This document shows positions 14,114 to 27,200 of a stretch of DNA of 64,000 nucleotides, in pieces; position 1 is the first letter of the stretch; each line of letters begins with the position of its first letter. Source of the DNA: Paramecium tetraurelia (taxonomy: Eukaryota); assembly GCA_000165425.1 (NCBI GenBank), contig CT868063.1, positions 310,001 through 374,000 on the forward strand. The letters are read 5' to 3'. The notes under the pieces were generated by a model. The model saw only the letters and a program-made list of their open reading frames with translations, ran no database searches and was not told the origin of the DNA. The position numbers and the translations under genes were made by a program.

Positions 14114-14967
14114 TCATCCTTTGTTAAATTTACTATTTTGTAATCCCTCCCGCAGTTTTCTCTGAATTTCAAATATTTCATCCTCTCTGTATTAACATTA
14201 AGATTAGCTGGCTTTTGACTTATGACTCTTTCAAAAGTATCTAATCTTTAAGTCTCGCACCTTCTTTTACTATTCCAATCTTTAGATAGATGAAAGGATA
14301 AATTCATTTGATCTCCAATTAATCCATTTGTATTATTAAACTCAAGGCATTCATTCTAATTCCGATATTTATCATAACCTAATAATAATTAATAAAGTTA
14401 ACTTAAATTTCTTTGTCTAGTTTAAGATGAGGTTTCATACTTATGAAGATTATCTAAAATTCTTTTTTTTCTATTTAGAAAATTTACATCCTATCTCAGT
14501 GACTTAAATAACTCTTATTCCTACTTAATAGATTATAATTCTTTTAATCTTTGTTTTGGTTCTATTGGTAATCCTAAATCTTTAGAATAATCTAACTTAT
14601 CAGAAGTGTATTGAAAAGAATAGTTTTTCTGTTTAAAATCATTTCTGATATTTTCGAATATATCACTATGAAACTGAGTTTACTTTTATCCAAATATCTT
14701 TTAGTTGCAATTAATATCTTCTTTAAATCTTGGATAATGCTCGATAAAAATATAATCAGGTTTAGTAGGTCCTCTCATTTTTGGATATAATTCTGTTTAA
14801 TTTAATGATGATTTTTCAAGTCTCTTAGAAAAAATTGATGTTTTTAAGAAATTATCGAATTTAGTAGCAGGATTGTCTATTCTATCATAAGCTTCTTGTA
14901 CAGGTTTGTAACCTAGATTTCTATATTACTTTGTAAAATCTAAATAAGAATTAGTTACTTTGTTCAT
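14114..14967 (-). CDS. Hypothetical protein
   Basis: MNKVTNSYLDFTKQYRNLGYKPVQEAYDRIDNPATKFDNFLK..; open in ciliate code; convergent with the upstream kinase. Confidence 0.55.
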
Positions 14968-16649
14968 AACAATTATTTTATATAATAAATTTTAACAAAT
15001 AACAATAATTATAAGATAAACTTAGAAGTAACATATGTTTTCTTACTTTGATAAATAAATTCTTGTGATAACATGTAATTAGACAATTTTACGAATGCTT
15101 GTCGGATTTGTATTAAGTTGATATGAAAATACATTAACATTGATTATTTTAAAGTAGTATGAAAATTCATGCAAGTAGAGAAATAAGGATTTAGTTGGAT
15201 AATATTATTAAGATGATATAAAGATTTAAAAAGTTGAAAAATAGAAAGAAATGAAGAAGGATTTTTATGGAAAGAGTTTAAGTTATAAAAAGATTGGGAT
15301 TATTATAAAAACATCAATATGAATATATTGCATGTAATTCAATTTATGACTCTTATGATTTTTTATGTGAATATAAAAGAAAAAGATGGACAACAAGTTA
15401 ATTTTGGGTAACAGTAGATTATGATTTGATGAATGAGAAAAAAGCGTTGGAGAACTGTACGAAATAAACTATTCGGCTAATTTTATAGGAATCAAAATGA
15501 TTGAGCCATCTAATTCATACATACAAAATGACCAAAAGATGGATTAATATTGGAGATGATTCAAGATTAATTTAGATATCATATATCTTTATCTAGAATA
15601 TTTGCCTATTAGATTATTTTGATAGATTAATGAATAAACATACATATTAGTTAGTAGGATGCCTTATCTGTAGGAGAAATTATATATTCAAATTTGCAAT
15701 AAAATAAGAGTTATTTATTCCAAGTGTTAAATAATAACCAATTCAGCTAATCATTATAATAATGATTATATTGTTATATATATCACCTTCAATATTCCCA
15801 ATACTTTAATTTTAATGATAAGCACCAAAACTTAGGAGAGAACAAAAAAATTTTGTAGCTCAAAATATTAATTCATATTTGATCTGCCTATGTCCTTAAA
15901 GAAAATTTGAGCAAATAAAATTGAGCGCTCAAAAAATTGATTAAATCTATAAAACTGTATAAATCAAAAATAAAAGTATAAATTTAAAGAATAAAATGAG
16001 TGAAATTATTACGACAAATAAAAAATAACATGGCCTTAATATGGTGATTCTTAATGATGAAGGAGACAATTTTAAGAATGGATATTTAACATTTATATAG
16101 AAGCTGAATTTATATCTTAATCATGTCATTTAAAAAAGAAATAAATATTTTTGAATTTCTGTTTAGTTTAAACTAGTAGATAGAATTGAGATTTATGAAA
16201 AGAGATTAATTATAAGTTTAGCATTAAGTAACTAAACTTCGGTAATAGGGATAAAAAAATAAATCATCATAGATTGCCTAATTCAGAAATTAACACAATA
16301 TTATAAGATGTGACTATGAATTCTTTGTATTTTATACTAATATGTTTTTTAATTATCATTAATTGGAATATTAAATAGATAACTTTATATTGAGAAAGAC
16401 ATAAAAAATGATTTAAATGTATTTTATAATTTATTTAAAAGAATAAAGATGTATTATAAATAAGGGATGACGACATCTCAAAATATGAAGTTTCATCAAA
16501 AGATCAAAATGAAGAGCCTTAAATTAGAGAATTATTTAGCTTCAAATAAAATGTCTATAATCTAATTAGTCTAAATATAGTGAAATTATAATTTTATTTA
16601 TTGCATAATTTTTACATTAATGTTGTCTGTGATGCTTATTATTAAAATT

Positions 16650-17670
16650 ATGAATAAATCAAATATTCATTTGTCATAAAGTAAATCAAATATTGTTTTG
16701 CCGTGCAGAAAGTCATTTTAAAAATAACTTTTGCCTTAAGAAGAGGATTCAATTTCAAAAATTGAGTCTTTTGAATCAGAATCTCCTTTAAAAGAAACTA
16801 ATAAAGAATAGGGAGATTTTGCAGATTCCGACAAAGTTTAATTATCTATTTAACATGAAATATTCTCAAATGAAAAATAGTCTAAACAGAACCATAATCT
16901 ATGCAAAGGTTTCGTTTATCCAAATCCATTCAAAGAGTTAAGAATTCCATTTGATAAAATTTAGTTTATTTTATCGCCCATTTAAAGAGAGGGAATTTTG
17001 TAATGTTAAATTCGTAAAGTTGTGACGTAATCTCCAAAGGAGAATGCGAAATATGAATTAATTATGTTTGATTTACCAATTTTGATAGCTGAAAAGGTTC
17101 ATACTTTATTTAAAAAGAAAATTATAATTAAGTAGTCAGGTTTGAATTACTTTGCTGGAAAATTAAAATGGGATAAATATGGTTAGAACTTCATATTTAT
17201 GGATAATAAATTAAGTCCCAAGAAATGCTCTTCCATTAGTATGCATAGATTATGCACTGGAGGAGCTAATTACTAAAAAACTGGAAAGTAAAAGCCTCAT
17301 AAAATTAGAGTAATTTAATGATTGAGAATAGGTGTACTTACCAGAGATAGATTAAAGTAATTAGATGCATTAATACCGAATAGAAAAGTGCAAATACTTT
17401 GATAAAAAACCGAAATTTTTTTAGGAATTTTAGAACAGAGAACCAGAATATAGTAATGAAGCAAAATCTTTTGTTTTGCCATTCTACAATAGAGCCTTGA
17501 TAGCTTCTTCTAAAAATTTATAGTTGTGTCAACAAGATAAAAATTAAGTTTTCTTTCTTTTGGGAAAGATTGAAAAAGGATTATACAATCTCGATTTCTA
17601 ATGGCCAATATTTCCTTTGTAGGCCTTTTAAATAGCAATGTCATGTTTTGTAACTAGGGCCTCGGATTGA
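16650..17670 (+). CDS. Tubby-like protein (divergent)
   Basis: GILQCQIRK, NREPEYSNEAKSFVLPFYNRALIASSKNLQL, LGKIEKGLYNLDFQWPIFPLQAFQIAMSCF; one 22-nt intron. Confidence 0.8.
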
Positions 17671-17711
17671 TTTAATAATTAATATTTACATTATAATTAA
17701 TACAGCTTTAA

Positions 17712-19497
17712 ATGTTCCTTAATCCTTAATTGATAGAGGATGCTTAAGAATCTGCTAACTAAACCAATTAATCTAGTTAAAGATAATAGCCCAAAGGAAG
17801 ATCGAATGTGACTAAATTCTAAGTAAAAACAAAAGAAGAGTAGAAATAAGAAAGTAAACCATTGAGTAGAATTTAATAAGTAAGAATCATAATAAAAGAT
17901 TTCAGAAAGAGGTAGAAATACAGAAGAAATAGATGGAGTCTCAAATCAAAGAGAATGATGAAATGGTCGAAAGTTTAGTATAATTCGATTCGGATCCAGA
18001 ATAGGAAGACACAAAAAAATATGCAAATCCATTATTAGATGATCAAAAATAAGAAGTGGAATAGAAGGTATAGAACAGTGGAATTATTTATAGCCTGAAT
18101 AATATCCAATACCAAAGGGCGCACATGAATTCAAATAGCAAATTGTTTTATAGAGTAATTAACAATACAAGAAAAACCTAGGTCAAAATGAATCTACTTA
18201 TAATCAAGATTTTGATATAGAAATAGAGAAAGTAAGCATCAAGATTTATACAAGTTTTCTATAATTGGAAATAATCACAATCAATATTATGAACCAGGAC
18301 AAAAGTTGACTTAGGATGATTCATTACCTTAACTTGAAAAGTAGAATCACAAAATTAAATTTGCTGAAAGTCTATATTAAGAAAGCAGACCCTAATAAAA
18401 TGTTGTTGAAGAAGATTAGATTATAATTTAAAAAGAGATAATTTAAGAGGAGGAGAAAATAATATAGAACAATGATAATTATCAGGAATTGTAGGAGATA
18501 ATAGTTCAAGAGGAAGACGATGAATTGTTGAATCAATAATAAAAAGAGTAGGAATAAAGGAAAGAATTGAAATAATAGCATGATAAAATTTAAATGGACC
18601 TCACTAATGATACAAATGAAGTTATAGAATAAAAAGAGAATATACCTGAAGTCCAATAGGTTCCTTAAGAATAACCTAAATAAACTTGTCCATATCCAAA
18701 ACCACTCGCTTCAGTTGAAATGCCATATGGAAAGAAGCATTTTCTTTTGAATCCTGTCCCTAAAGGAGGAATGATCTAATGCACAATCAAGAGAGATCGA
18801 AGTGGAATGAGCAGATTTTATCCAAAATACCATCTTCACATATCAAATGGATTTTTGTATCTGATGAGTGCAAAAAAGAGAGCTTACAATAACACCAGCA
18901 ACTATATTATATCTATGTCAAGAGAAGACTTAGAAAAAGGAAATAACTTTATAGGCAAGGTCAGAAGTAATTTCATGGGAACTGAATTCGTCTTATATGA
19001 TTCAGGATTGAATCCAGATAAAACAAAGGATGAATCAAAACTTAGATAATAACTTGGTATCGTTTAATATGAAAGCAATCTTCTCGGATCCAAAGGACCA
19101 AGAAAAATGGTGGTATCTTTTTCTTCTTAATAAGGTTTTAATGCCTAAATTGGATGCAGAAGATAAATTCCATGTTTTCAAACCAACCAATTCTAAAGAG
19201 GGAATATTGAAAGAATACCTAAATAACAATAGAGATCATATTGTAACGTATGTTAATAGGCCTCCATAATGGAATAGTAAGCATAAGGCTTTTGTTCTTA
19301 ATTTTTACCAAAGGGTAGATAAGCCAAGTGTGAAAAATTTCCAGCTTATTGTTGAAGGCAAAGAAGACAATATTTTACTGTAATTTGGTAGAGTCGGAGA
19401 TGATCTCTTTAATCTAGACTTCTAATATCCTATTACTCCTTTACAAGCATTTTAAATCGCACTAACAAGTTTTGACTACAAAATTGCATGTGAATGA
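17712..19497 (+). CDS. Tubby-like protein (canonical C-terminal Tub domain, acidic/Gln-rich N-terminus)
   Basis: MSAKKRAYNNTSNYIIS, GKVRSNFMGTEF, KPSVKNFQL, LQFGRVG, LDFQYPITPLQAFQIALTSFDYKIACE-TGA. Confidence 0.95.
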
Positions 19498-19546
19498 AAT
19501 GTTTTGTCAATAAATAAATTAACAATTATATATATATTCAAAAGAA

Positions 19547-19936
19547 ATGTAAAGTAAATAACTAGATTGGATTTGTATCGGATGCAAAAACCTCAACTAT
19601 TCCTTCAGAAAGTATTGCAATCGTTGTCACACGTTTGCAAGAGATGCCCCAGGAACTAAATTTATTCCACTTGAATAACCCAGCATTATAGATTCACTCA
19701 AACTTTAAGAACCTGATCTAACTGGCAGTGGACATAGCACTGCTGATAGTGTAGGTAGCATTGCAAATGACCATACTGCATTTCATCAAGCACTTTTCCT
19801 AGAAAACTTGTCACACACTAAGTAAGAAACGGTCAAAATCAACTTCGATTTTATGAAATCATGTAGACTTTGTGCAACAGAAAACTACTTTTATCAATCC
19901 AAGTGTAAACAGTGTGGGTTTTAAATTTCTCATTGA
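19547..19936 (+). CDS. Small protein with RanBP2-type zinc finger(s)
   Basis: Intronless 129 aa; DWICIGCKNLNYSFRKYCNRCH at the N-terminus and CRLCATENYFYQSKCKQCG at the C-terminus. Confidence 0.85.
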
Positions 19937-19968
19937 TTTGACATCCTTTTTCAACATCTTATGATTAT

Positions 19969-20247
19969 TCATATGTATTTCTTGTTCTAAAATTTAAAAT
20001 CTTTAAATTAACTAAATATATGATCTCTTTATAGCCCAGATTCTAAGACTTTTTAACATTAACGCTCTATTTGGAAGCTGATTGACTTTTTCTATTTTAA
20101 TTTTTATAATTCATTTGTTCCTAAACAATTATGTGATCCAAAGCTACATATTTTATCTGAATTTACAAACTTGGACTCGTAATTCAATTATACATGATAT
20201 TGATGTTTAGGTTAAACCATTCTCGAACGATAATCCAAATAATCCAT
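19969..20247 (-). CDS. Possible small hypothetical protein
   Basis: MDYLDYRSRMVQPKHQYHVQLNYESKFV.. about 85 aa if a 26-nt intron is assumed; no recognisable motif. Confidence 0.3.
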
Positions 20248-20958
20248 ATTATATAGACATAAATTAATTAAATCTGATAAATTCTTACATTTTACCTAAT
20301 ATTTAATAAATTTGTATTGCCAACCGCATAATTAAATTTTTCATATATAATCACATGGCTTCTCATTTATCGAAACTTTAAAATTATTGATTTTCAACAT
20401 GTTTCAATACTTTAACTAACTGTGAAACTTAATGATATCGTTTATTATATAAATAAAAAATCTCGCTTAAATATTTTTTATTTTATAATCCAAATATTAA
20501 AAAATCGATTGTTAAAATAGTTTTAGAATCTAAGGAAATATAATCAAAAAACACTTTAAAAATAGTTTTAGAATTTTGATTTATTTTTAAGATCTTTCTT
20601 GATATAAAAAATTAAAATCTTTATTTTAATAAATTATTTTATTTAGAAATCTTAAATAGAAATAAAGGCTTTAATTTTTGATATCAATATTATTAATAAT
20701 TAATGGATACTTAGTCAAAAACTTTATTTAAATCCAAAGATATTTTAAAGAATCAATTTATTATTATAAACAAAAAATTATTCAATTATTAGAATGGCAA
20801 ATAATACTTATATGTTCATTATATTATTTGTAATAAATATATATATTATTGATTGGCTCAAACAAATAACTTAAATTATATCAAAACTGATTAATAAATA
20901 TCAGATTTAAGAATAATAGATCCTTAATTTATTTAGATCATATATATTAACATATATC

Positions 20959-21905
20959 TCAATTAGTTTTAGAATTCTTTCTAAACCAAGGAATAAAACA
21001 ACTAACCTCAGATTGATATTTCTTATAAGAAGGTCTCTTTTTTAATAAATGCTACTCCATGTTTGGAATTGAATAGGCTAAAAACATGATCTGGATTCCA
21101 AGTGCCCCGATTCCCCAATACCAATATTGCATTCCAAATGATAATACCGCTATGTACATTCCCCACCAAAATAGACATTCTCCAAAGTAATTAGGATGTC
21201 TAGAATATTTCCATAGTCCAGTCTCACAATCTCCTTTTATTTGTTTTGTTCTATAGGGATATAATTAATAATCTGCAATCCATTAGATAATCACAGCAAT
21301 TATAGATATTAGTAATCCTATTTCATATAACATATTGTGCTCTTAGGTTTCCTTAATGGTGTAATATAGGGGTATGTATCCCAAATATACAATGATCGTA
21401 GGATAAATGTGAAATGAAACTAAACTGAATATCCAATAAATAAAACTATTATTTATTTTATTTTTAAATTCTTCATACCTAAAGTCTTCATATGTAAGAC
21501 CTAATTATATAATTTAACAAATTACCTGGCCAAAATCTAAAATAACTTATGTCTTGCTTTATGCAATAAAAAAAGCAAACTATGACTGGCCACCATGTTT
21601 TACTATCAAAACACCAATATGCTGTAAAATACATAGGAATTATATGCCAGTAGAGATCATAAATTGAGGAATTTCTATGTTGAATAAGTTTGAATGACTT
21701 ACTTGATTAATATGGATTAAACAAAAACAATCAATGTTGCTATGAGATCGACAATGAATTAAGAGATCAATTAATCCTGGTAGAAGGTTTCGACAAATTT
21801 CGAAAGGGGAATCCTTTAATAGATTGAACAAATTTACCATACTACTCCACATATGATGTATGGGATAAGCATATGTTAAAGTGATTGCTAGTAAGAATAT
21901 TTCAT
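20959..21905 (-). CDS. DUF1295 / steroid 5-alpha-reductase-like membrane protein
   Basis: NSSIYDLYW, EDFRYEE, ETGLWKYSRHPNYFGECLFWWG; multiple TM segments; short introns. Confidence 0.88.
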
Positions 21906-22098
21906 TAATTTTAAGAATATTATTAATCTTCTTTTAAACAAAATTTAGAAAAGATTTAAATTACAGAACTAAATATCAATCTATGCACATATTTAAAATA
22001 TAAATTATAATTCTGATGCGATGAGCCAAGTAAATAAATTATGAAAAATTTATAAAACACTGCAAATTCAAATTGTTAAATATGAATTACAAAAACAA

Positions 22099-22786
22099 TC
22101 ATTATTTTTGGCTGAAATCGATTCTTTTCCATCCAAAAATTTCCTCATTAATGTCCCAATTATCATAAGGTTTTCTAAAGATAAAATATAGATAATTACC
22201 CAATTCTTTTGTTTGTTATGAAATATTGACCATTTTCTATCTTCATTATTAATCTTCTTGCATATTCTGGGCATTCCCATCCTGCCTCTTCGTAATTTTG
22301 TTCACCAATATCAACATACTTTTCTTCCAAATTCACATTGAGAATAACTCCAACATGGCCGAATCTCTGTTCCTTCGAATATGGATATATTATGAGATCT
22401 CCAAACTAAGGTGGTCTAAAGTAAAACAAATAACTAACTCTTTAGAGCCATTTGGATAATTGACAAATGGGAATGTTCCTTCTTCCTTAGTGCAATCCTC
22501 AATTATATCAAGTGCCCAGATGTTATGAGCATGAGGAATATCAGTAAAGGCAGCTTTAAATTTCAATGTTAGAAATCTTCTAGCATATTCCACACATTGA
22601 TATCTAATTAGGATTTGAGATTTACTTAAATCCAATATATACATCTCTTGCTAAACCAGTCTCTTCTTTGGGCCAATAAGTCTAATACTCATGGATTCTA
22701 TCTCTATCAAACACAAATCCAAGGTTAGAATAACCTATAACCCCAAAAGGTTACCCCATAATTGCTCCCCAAGTTGTATTTTGCAT
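22099..22786 (-). CDS. Stand-alone CHAP-domain amidase (glutathionylspermidine-amidase-like)
   Basis: KYQCVEYARRFL (catalytic Cys), FGHVGVI (His), IGEQNY, terminal IFGWKRI; three tiny introns. Confidence 0.88.
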
Positions 22787-23089
22787 AAATTATATTAATT
22801 CAGTTATTTATTCTTTTATACTTTTATATGCACAGCCATTTTCCTTTTTTTAACCAAATTTACTACTTTTTTTAAGTTCATCCCTTCTATCCTCTGTTTA
22901 TAGATATGGATTATTAAAGAAATAAATAGATAAAATAGATATTCAAATACTATAGAAGTTAGCTATATATTCTCTAATAAACTCAGAAAGATATCTCAAT
23001 AATAAAAAGAATTCATCCAATTTTTATGAAGACTTTTAGTATTTTAAATGATTTCAATTGATAATTTGCAACTATGACATTATATATAA

Positions 23090-24092
23090 TCACTACACTT
23101 TAATTCTATTCAAAACGCCGTGATTATCACAATGGCCATCATGAGGGAAGTGTAACATTTCATTTACTAAATAATCAATATGACCATTATGGATGACAAT
23201 TGGATGACCGCAATTTGGACCATGAAAATGTAATACTTTAGATATAGCAAATGGAGTTTCTCCACAATTTCCACCATTGCAAGCCAAACAACAATTATTA
23301 ACAAGCTATTTTGATTTACAACAACATTGTTCTTATTTACAATCTATACATTTTATCAAATCATATTATTTTTAGGAATCAAAATGCTGATGATCTTTTA
23401 TTGGCGCACAATTTTATTATTATTATTAATCTATCAAATCGTGCAACTCAATCCTGCCAGTTTCTAAATATTATTAATCAAATATTTACATTCATTATAA
23501 TTATATAATCGTCCATTAAATAATATATCAATGTGATTAGAATGAAAAATTTAAGGATGTGAAGCTGTAAAAAATATTCTTAAATCTGCTGAAATTTAAT
23601 TGATTTCTTAGAGATTGATGAATGAATCTGTATTTTCTATTTTTTTATGAATTTTCTAATGTTTTTTTAAACTACTCTTATAAAGAAAAGTTCTATTGCA
23701 TTCACACACAAAACTCTATCGTTATATTTTATGCTTATTTTGATGTTATTAATAATTTTAGTTAGTTATGAATTGTTTTTAACAAACGTCACAAGTGAAA
23801 GGCTTCTGTCCTTTGTGCTTGAATTAGTGTCTTTTTAGATTTGAAATTTGGGAGAATGTTTAATTGCACTCTGAACAGTTATATGGTTTTTCTCCAGTGT
23901 GAATACGATCATGCTTTTATAAGGAGGAATATTATCTAAACTATTAATTACAAGTCACACTAGTAAATTATCGATAAAAACTAACCATTTATAGGGCTTT
24001 TCCCCTGAATGGATTAATTAATGTTCTTATAAAGCCCGCTTTTATTTAAAGGCTTTATCGCAAGCATCGCAAATAAATTCTTGCTAATTCAT
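23090..24092 (-). CDS. C2H2 zinc-finger transcription factor (5 fingers) with His/Cys-rich C-terminal repeats
   Basis: [34 protein letters not shown] linkers; frame continues across a 26-nt intron into HFHGPNCGHPIVIHNGHIDYLVNEMLHFPHDGHCDNHG. Confidence 0.85.
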
Positions 24093-24220
24093 ATATATAT
24101 ATTAATTAAATTAAAATTGATTATCCCACCTTATGCAATAAAAGTATTATTCAAAGCAAATTGATGGTGATATTGCAAAGACCTTTTGAACAATAGATGT
24201 ATATAAAGTCTAAAATATAA

Positions 24221-27200
24221 TCAATTTTCATTGTATTACGCACTTCGTTCAGCCTCATTTTGATTCTAAAGTTCCTGCTTGAGTGCTTCGATATTAAGGA
24301 ACTTAATTCCCTTCTTCCTATTCCTTATTGTTCTGATTTTTCCTTAGATGAAGATAATACTAGACATCTAACCACTATAATACGGTGTCTTCTTAAAGAA
24401 TTTATAATAATCATGGATAAGGTCCTTGCCTTTATATGAACTCGATTCCAAACTAATGATGATTTAAATTCATACTCTTTTACTCCATATTTTAATTCGA
24501 CGGACAGTTTAGTCAAACTAACTATTACGTCATGAAATAGATATCCCATTAATCCCTGTTCATCTTCATAAAGTGGGATGTTTAAAGCCCTCAAGAAATT
24601 GGTTTTATTGGCGGGATCCAAAAGTTCCTTGACTGGAACTCCAAAACATATTGCTATCTCTGAAGATAACTTCCAAAACTACTTATAATTCAGGAACCCA
24701 GTTCCCTTGGGATCATATTATGCCCAATAGTTCAGCACATCATGTAATTGATATTTAGATATTGCACTCTATTCTGATTTCACATGTTCTTCATATGCAC
24801 CAAGTATCGAAGCTATAAATAAATTGAGTATGACTAAAGAAAAAAGTAGATGGAAACTAATATAGTAAGCATATGCCCAATATGTTCCGCATCCATTGAA
24901 ACCATGTTCTTAGTAATCATAATAGTCCTTAATGTAGATACATGCGAAGTCTGGTGTTCTTCTGTGAACCGAATCAACCAGCAAGGCCCACCATTATTCT
25001 GAACTTGCTACTCTAATTAATGAAAACATTGCTGTCGTAAATTTTCTAAGATGAAGATCAAACCCTTCTATATAATTCTAAGGTCTCAAATAACCTAATA
25101 GATCCATCCCCAAAGAGGCATAGATAAAAAGAAACAAAGCCATAATGAATATCATAGATAGAGCAGAAGGTATGACTGAAAATATTGTATTAAATAGTTT
25201 CTCTAACTCTGGAAAACGCCTAAAAATATATAGACAAGTACCTAATTATATAGTAGTTTCTTAATAATTGAAATGCTACTGATATTGCTGTGCAAGATCT
25301 CAGAACATAAAAATTGTCAGACAGTTCCTGGAGGATGAATAAATCAAAAAGATTAAAAATGATTCCAAAAAAATCTATGATTAAAAAGACATCTCTTTTT
25401 TACCACTATTTTACAATGAATCTGACAGTAATTTCAACTGCAGATATCAAAATGCAATATTAATTAATTTCTATTAAGATATTTCGAAATATCTTATTTT
25501 GTCTTGTATAAAATAATGATAGAATGATTGTATTTAAGGCTATGATTGTATGCCAAAAGTATTTCAGTTTCTTACTCTCTGCAATAAAATAAAATAACTT
25601 TATCACCTTGTTCTTTGGTAACTCATAATTAACCCTAGGAGTAAGGTAATGTATACTGTGTTTAATCTGAAGCCACTCTCTTTGGTTGCCATTTAATTCT
25701 GACATACCTTAAGCCTTTATTTTAGTTTCCTAATATGTATTTACAACCAAACTGATAAACATATTGAGCATACAGATATTCCCGATAAAAAAAAACACTT
25801 AAAAATATACAGCCCACCATCTATTATGATTGTTTATTGGAGCAAGGTCTTTTCCCCTTGAACTCCATGTATCTATTAGGATTGGAAGCCAAGCCTCTGT
25901 AGTTGCGGTAACAAACAAAGTTAAAGCACTATCAAATACATTATCAAATCCCAGTATTTTATTTACCCATGAACCACCATTATCCATACAATCCCATTTA
26001 TCCTTTACTTTGTATTGCAATTCACTCGATATTGAACAATAATATAGGCCACCTTTCAATAACTTTGTTGCAAATATTCCATATACAAGGAGAATTACAA
26101 AACAAAATATACTTAATTGAATCATGGTTAAAAATGCTTTCATTAAAGCTTAAGAAACATAATTGATATTCGAATTTAATTCTGCCCCTATTCTTATGAA
26201 TTCCAAAATTCTCAAACTTGAAAAAAGGTTAAAGATTAATTGATTGTAATTGAAGATAGCCACAATGTCTATTGTTGTAATTATAAAATTGAGTGCATTG
26301 TAAGGTGACTTTTGTAAATATGAATCCTCTCCAATGAATAAGCCATCAGAAACAATGTTTAAAAAGATTTGAATGCAAAATAAAATGGTATTGACAGAAT
26401 GTATTGTTTTTAGGACTGCAAACAAATCAGATTCAGGATTTAAAAAAGGAGTGAGCAGCATAGTTCTAATAACACATATCAAGACCAAAATAATTAAGAA
26501 CACTCTAAAGGGTAAATTCTCAATTAAGGACTTAACACGAAGTCTAATTGGGTTCTTTTCAGAAAATATAAACAATGTTTTATTCTGGAATTCTTATTGA
26601 TTTACAACAACATCAGATTTAATTACTTATAATTTGCTTTCTTGTTATTAATTGTCTTGGCAAAGGTTCAAAAATTCATCAAGATTCTAAAAGGAAGCCT
26701 GTCCTTGTAATTAATTTATCATTGAATTTGTCTTTCTCTTTTGTCCAATTACTTTTAACTCTTTTAAATAAATAGACTCCTTCTTCTTCTCATTTCTTTT
26801 TTATTTCACTATATTTAACTACAATTTCGATACTGTGTTCTCAATCTATGTCTATTTAATAAAATCATACCTACATTTTCTTTGTAGAAAATAACTTTTT
26901 ATAGTCTATTGGTTTCAAACTTGTCTAAACGCTTTCAATATGCTAGCTGAATTCATTTAAAAAGACAGCAGTTAGTAATCTAATAAAGAATATTTATCCA
27001 AAAATCACACTTATAATGTAAAACACGATTGATGCTTCAGTGTGTCTACCATATTTATACATTGTAATGTGCCACTCTTCATTATAAAATATATTGACTA
27101 CTGCCATTATTGAAGATCCTAAATCATTATAATATATTGTCATGTTATTTTCTGACATTTGGTATTACAATAAATGTTTGCCAAAGATTGACATTAAAAA

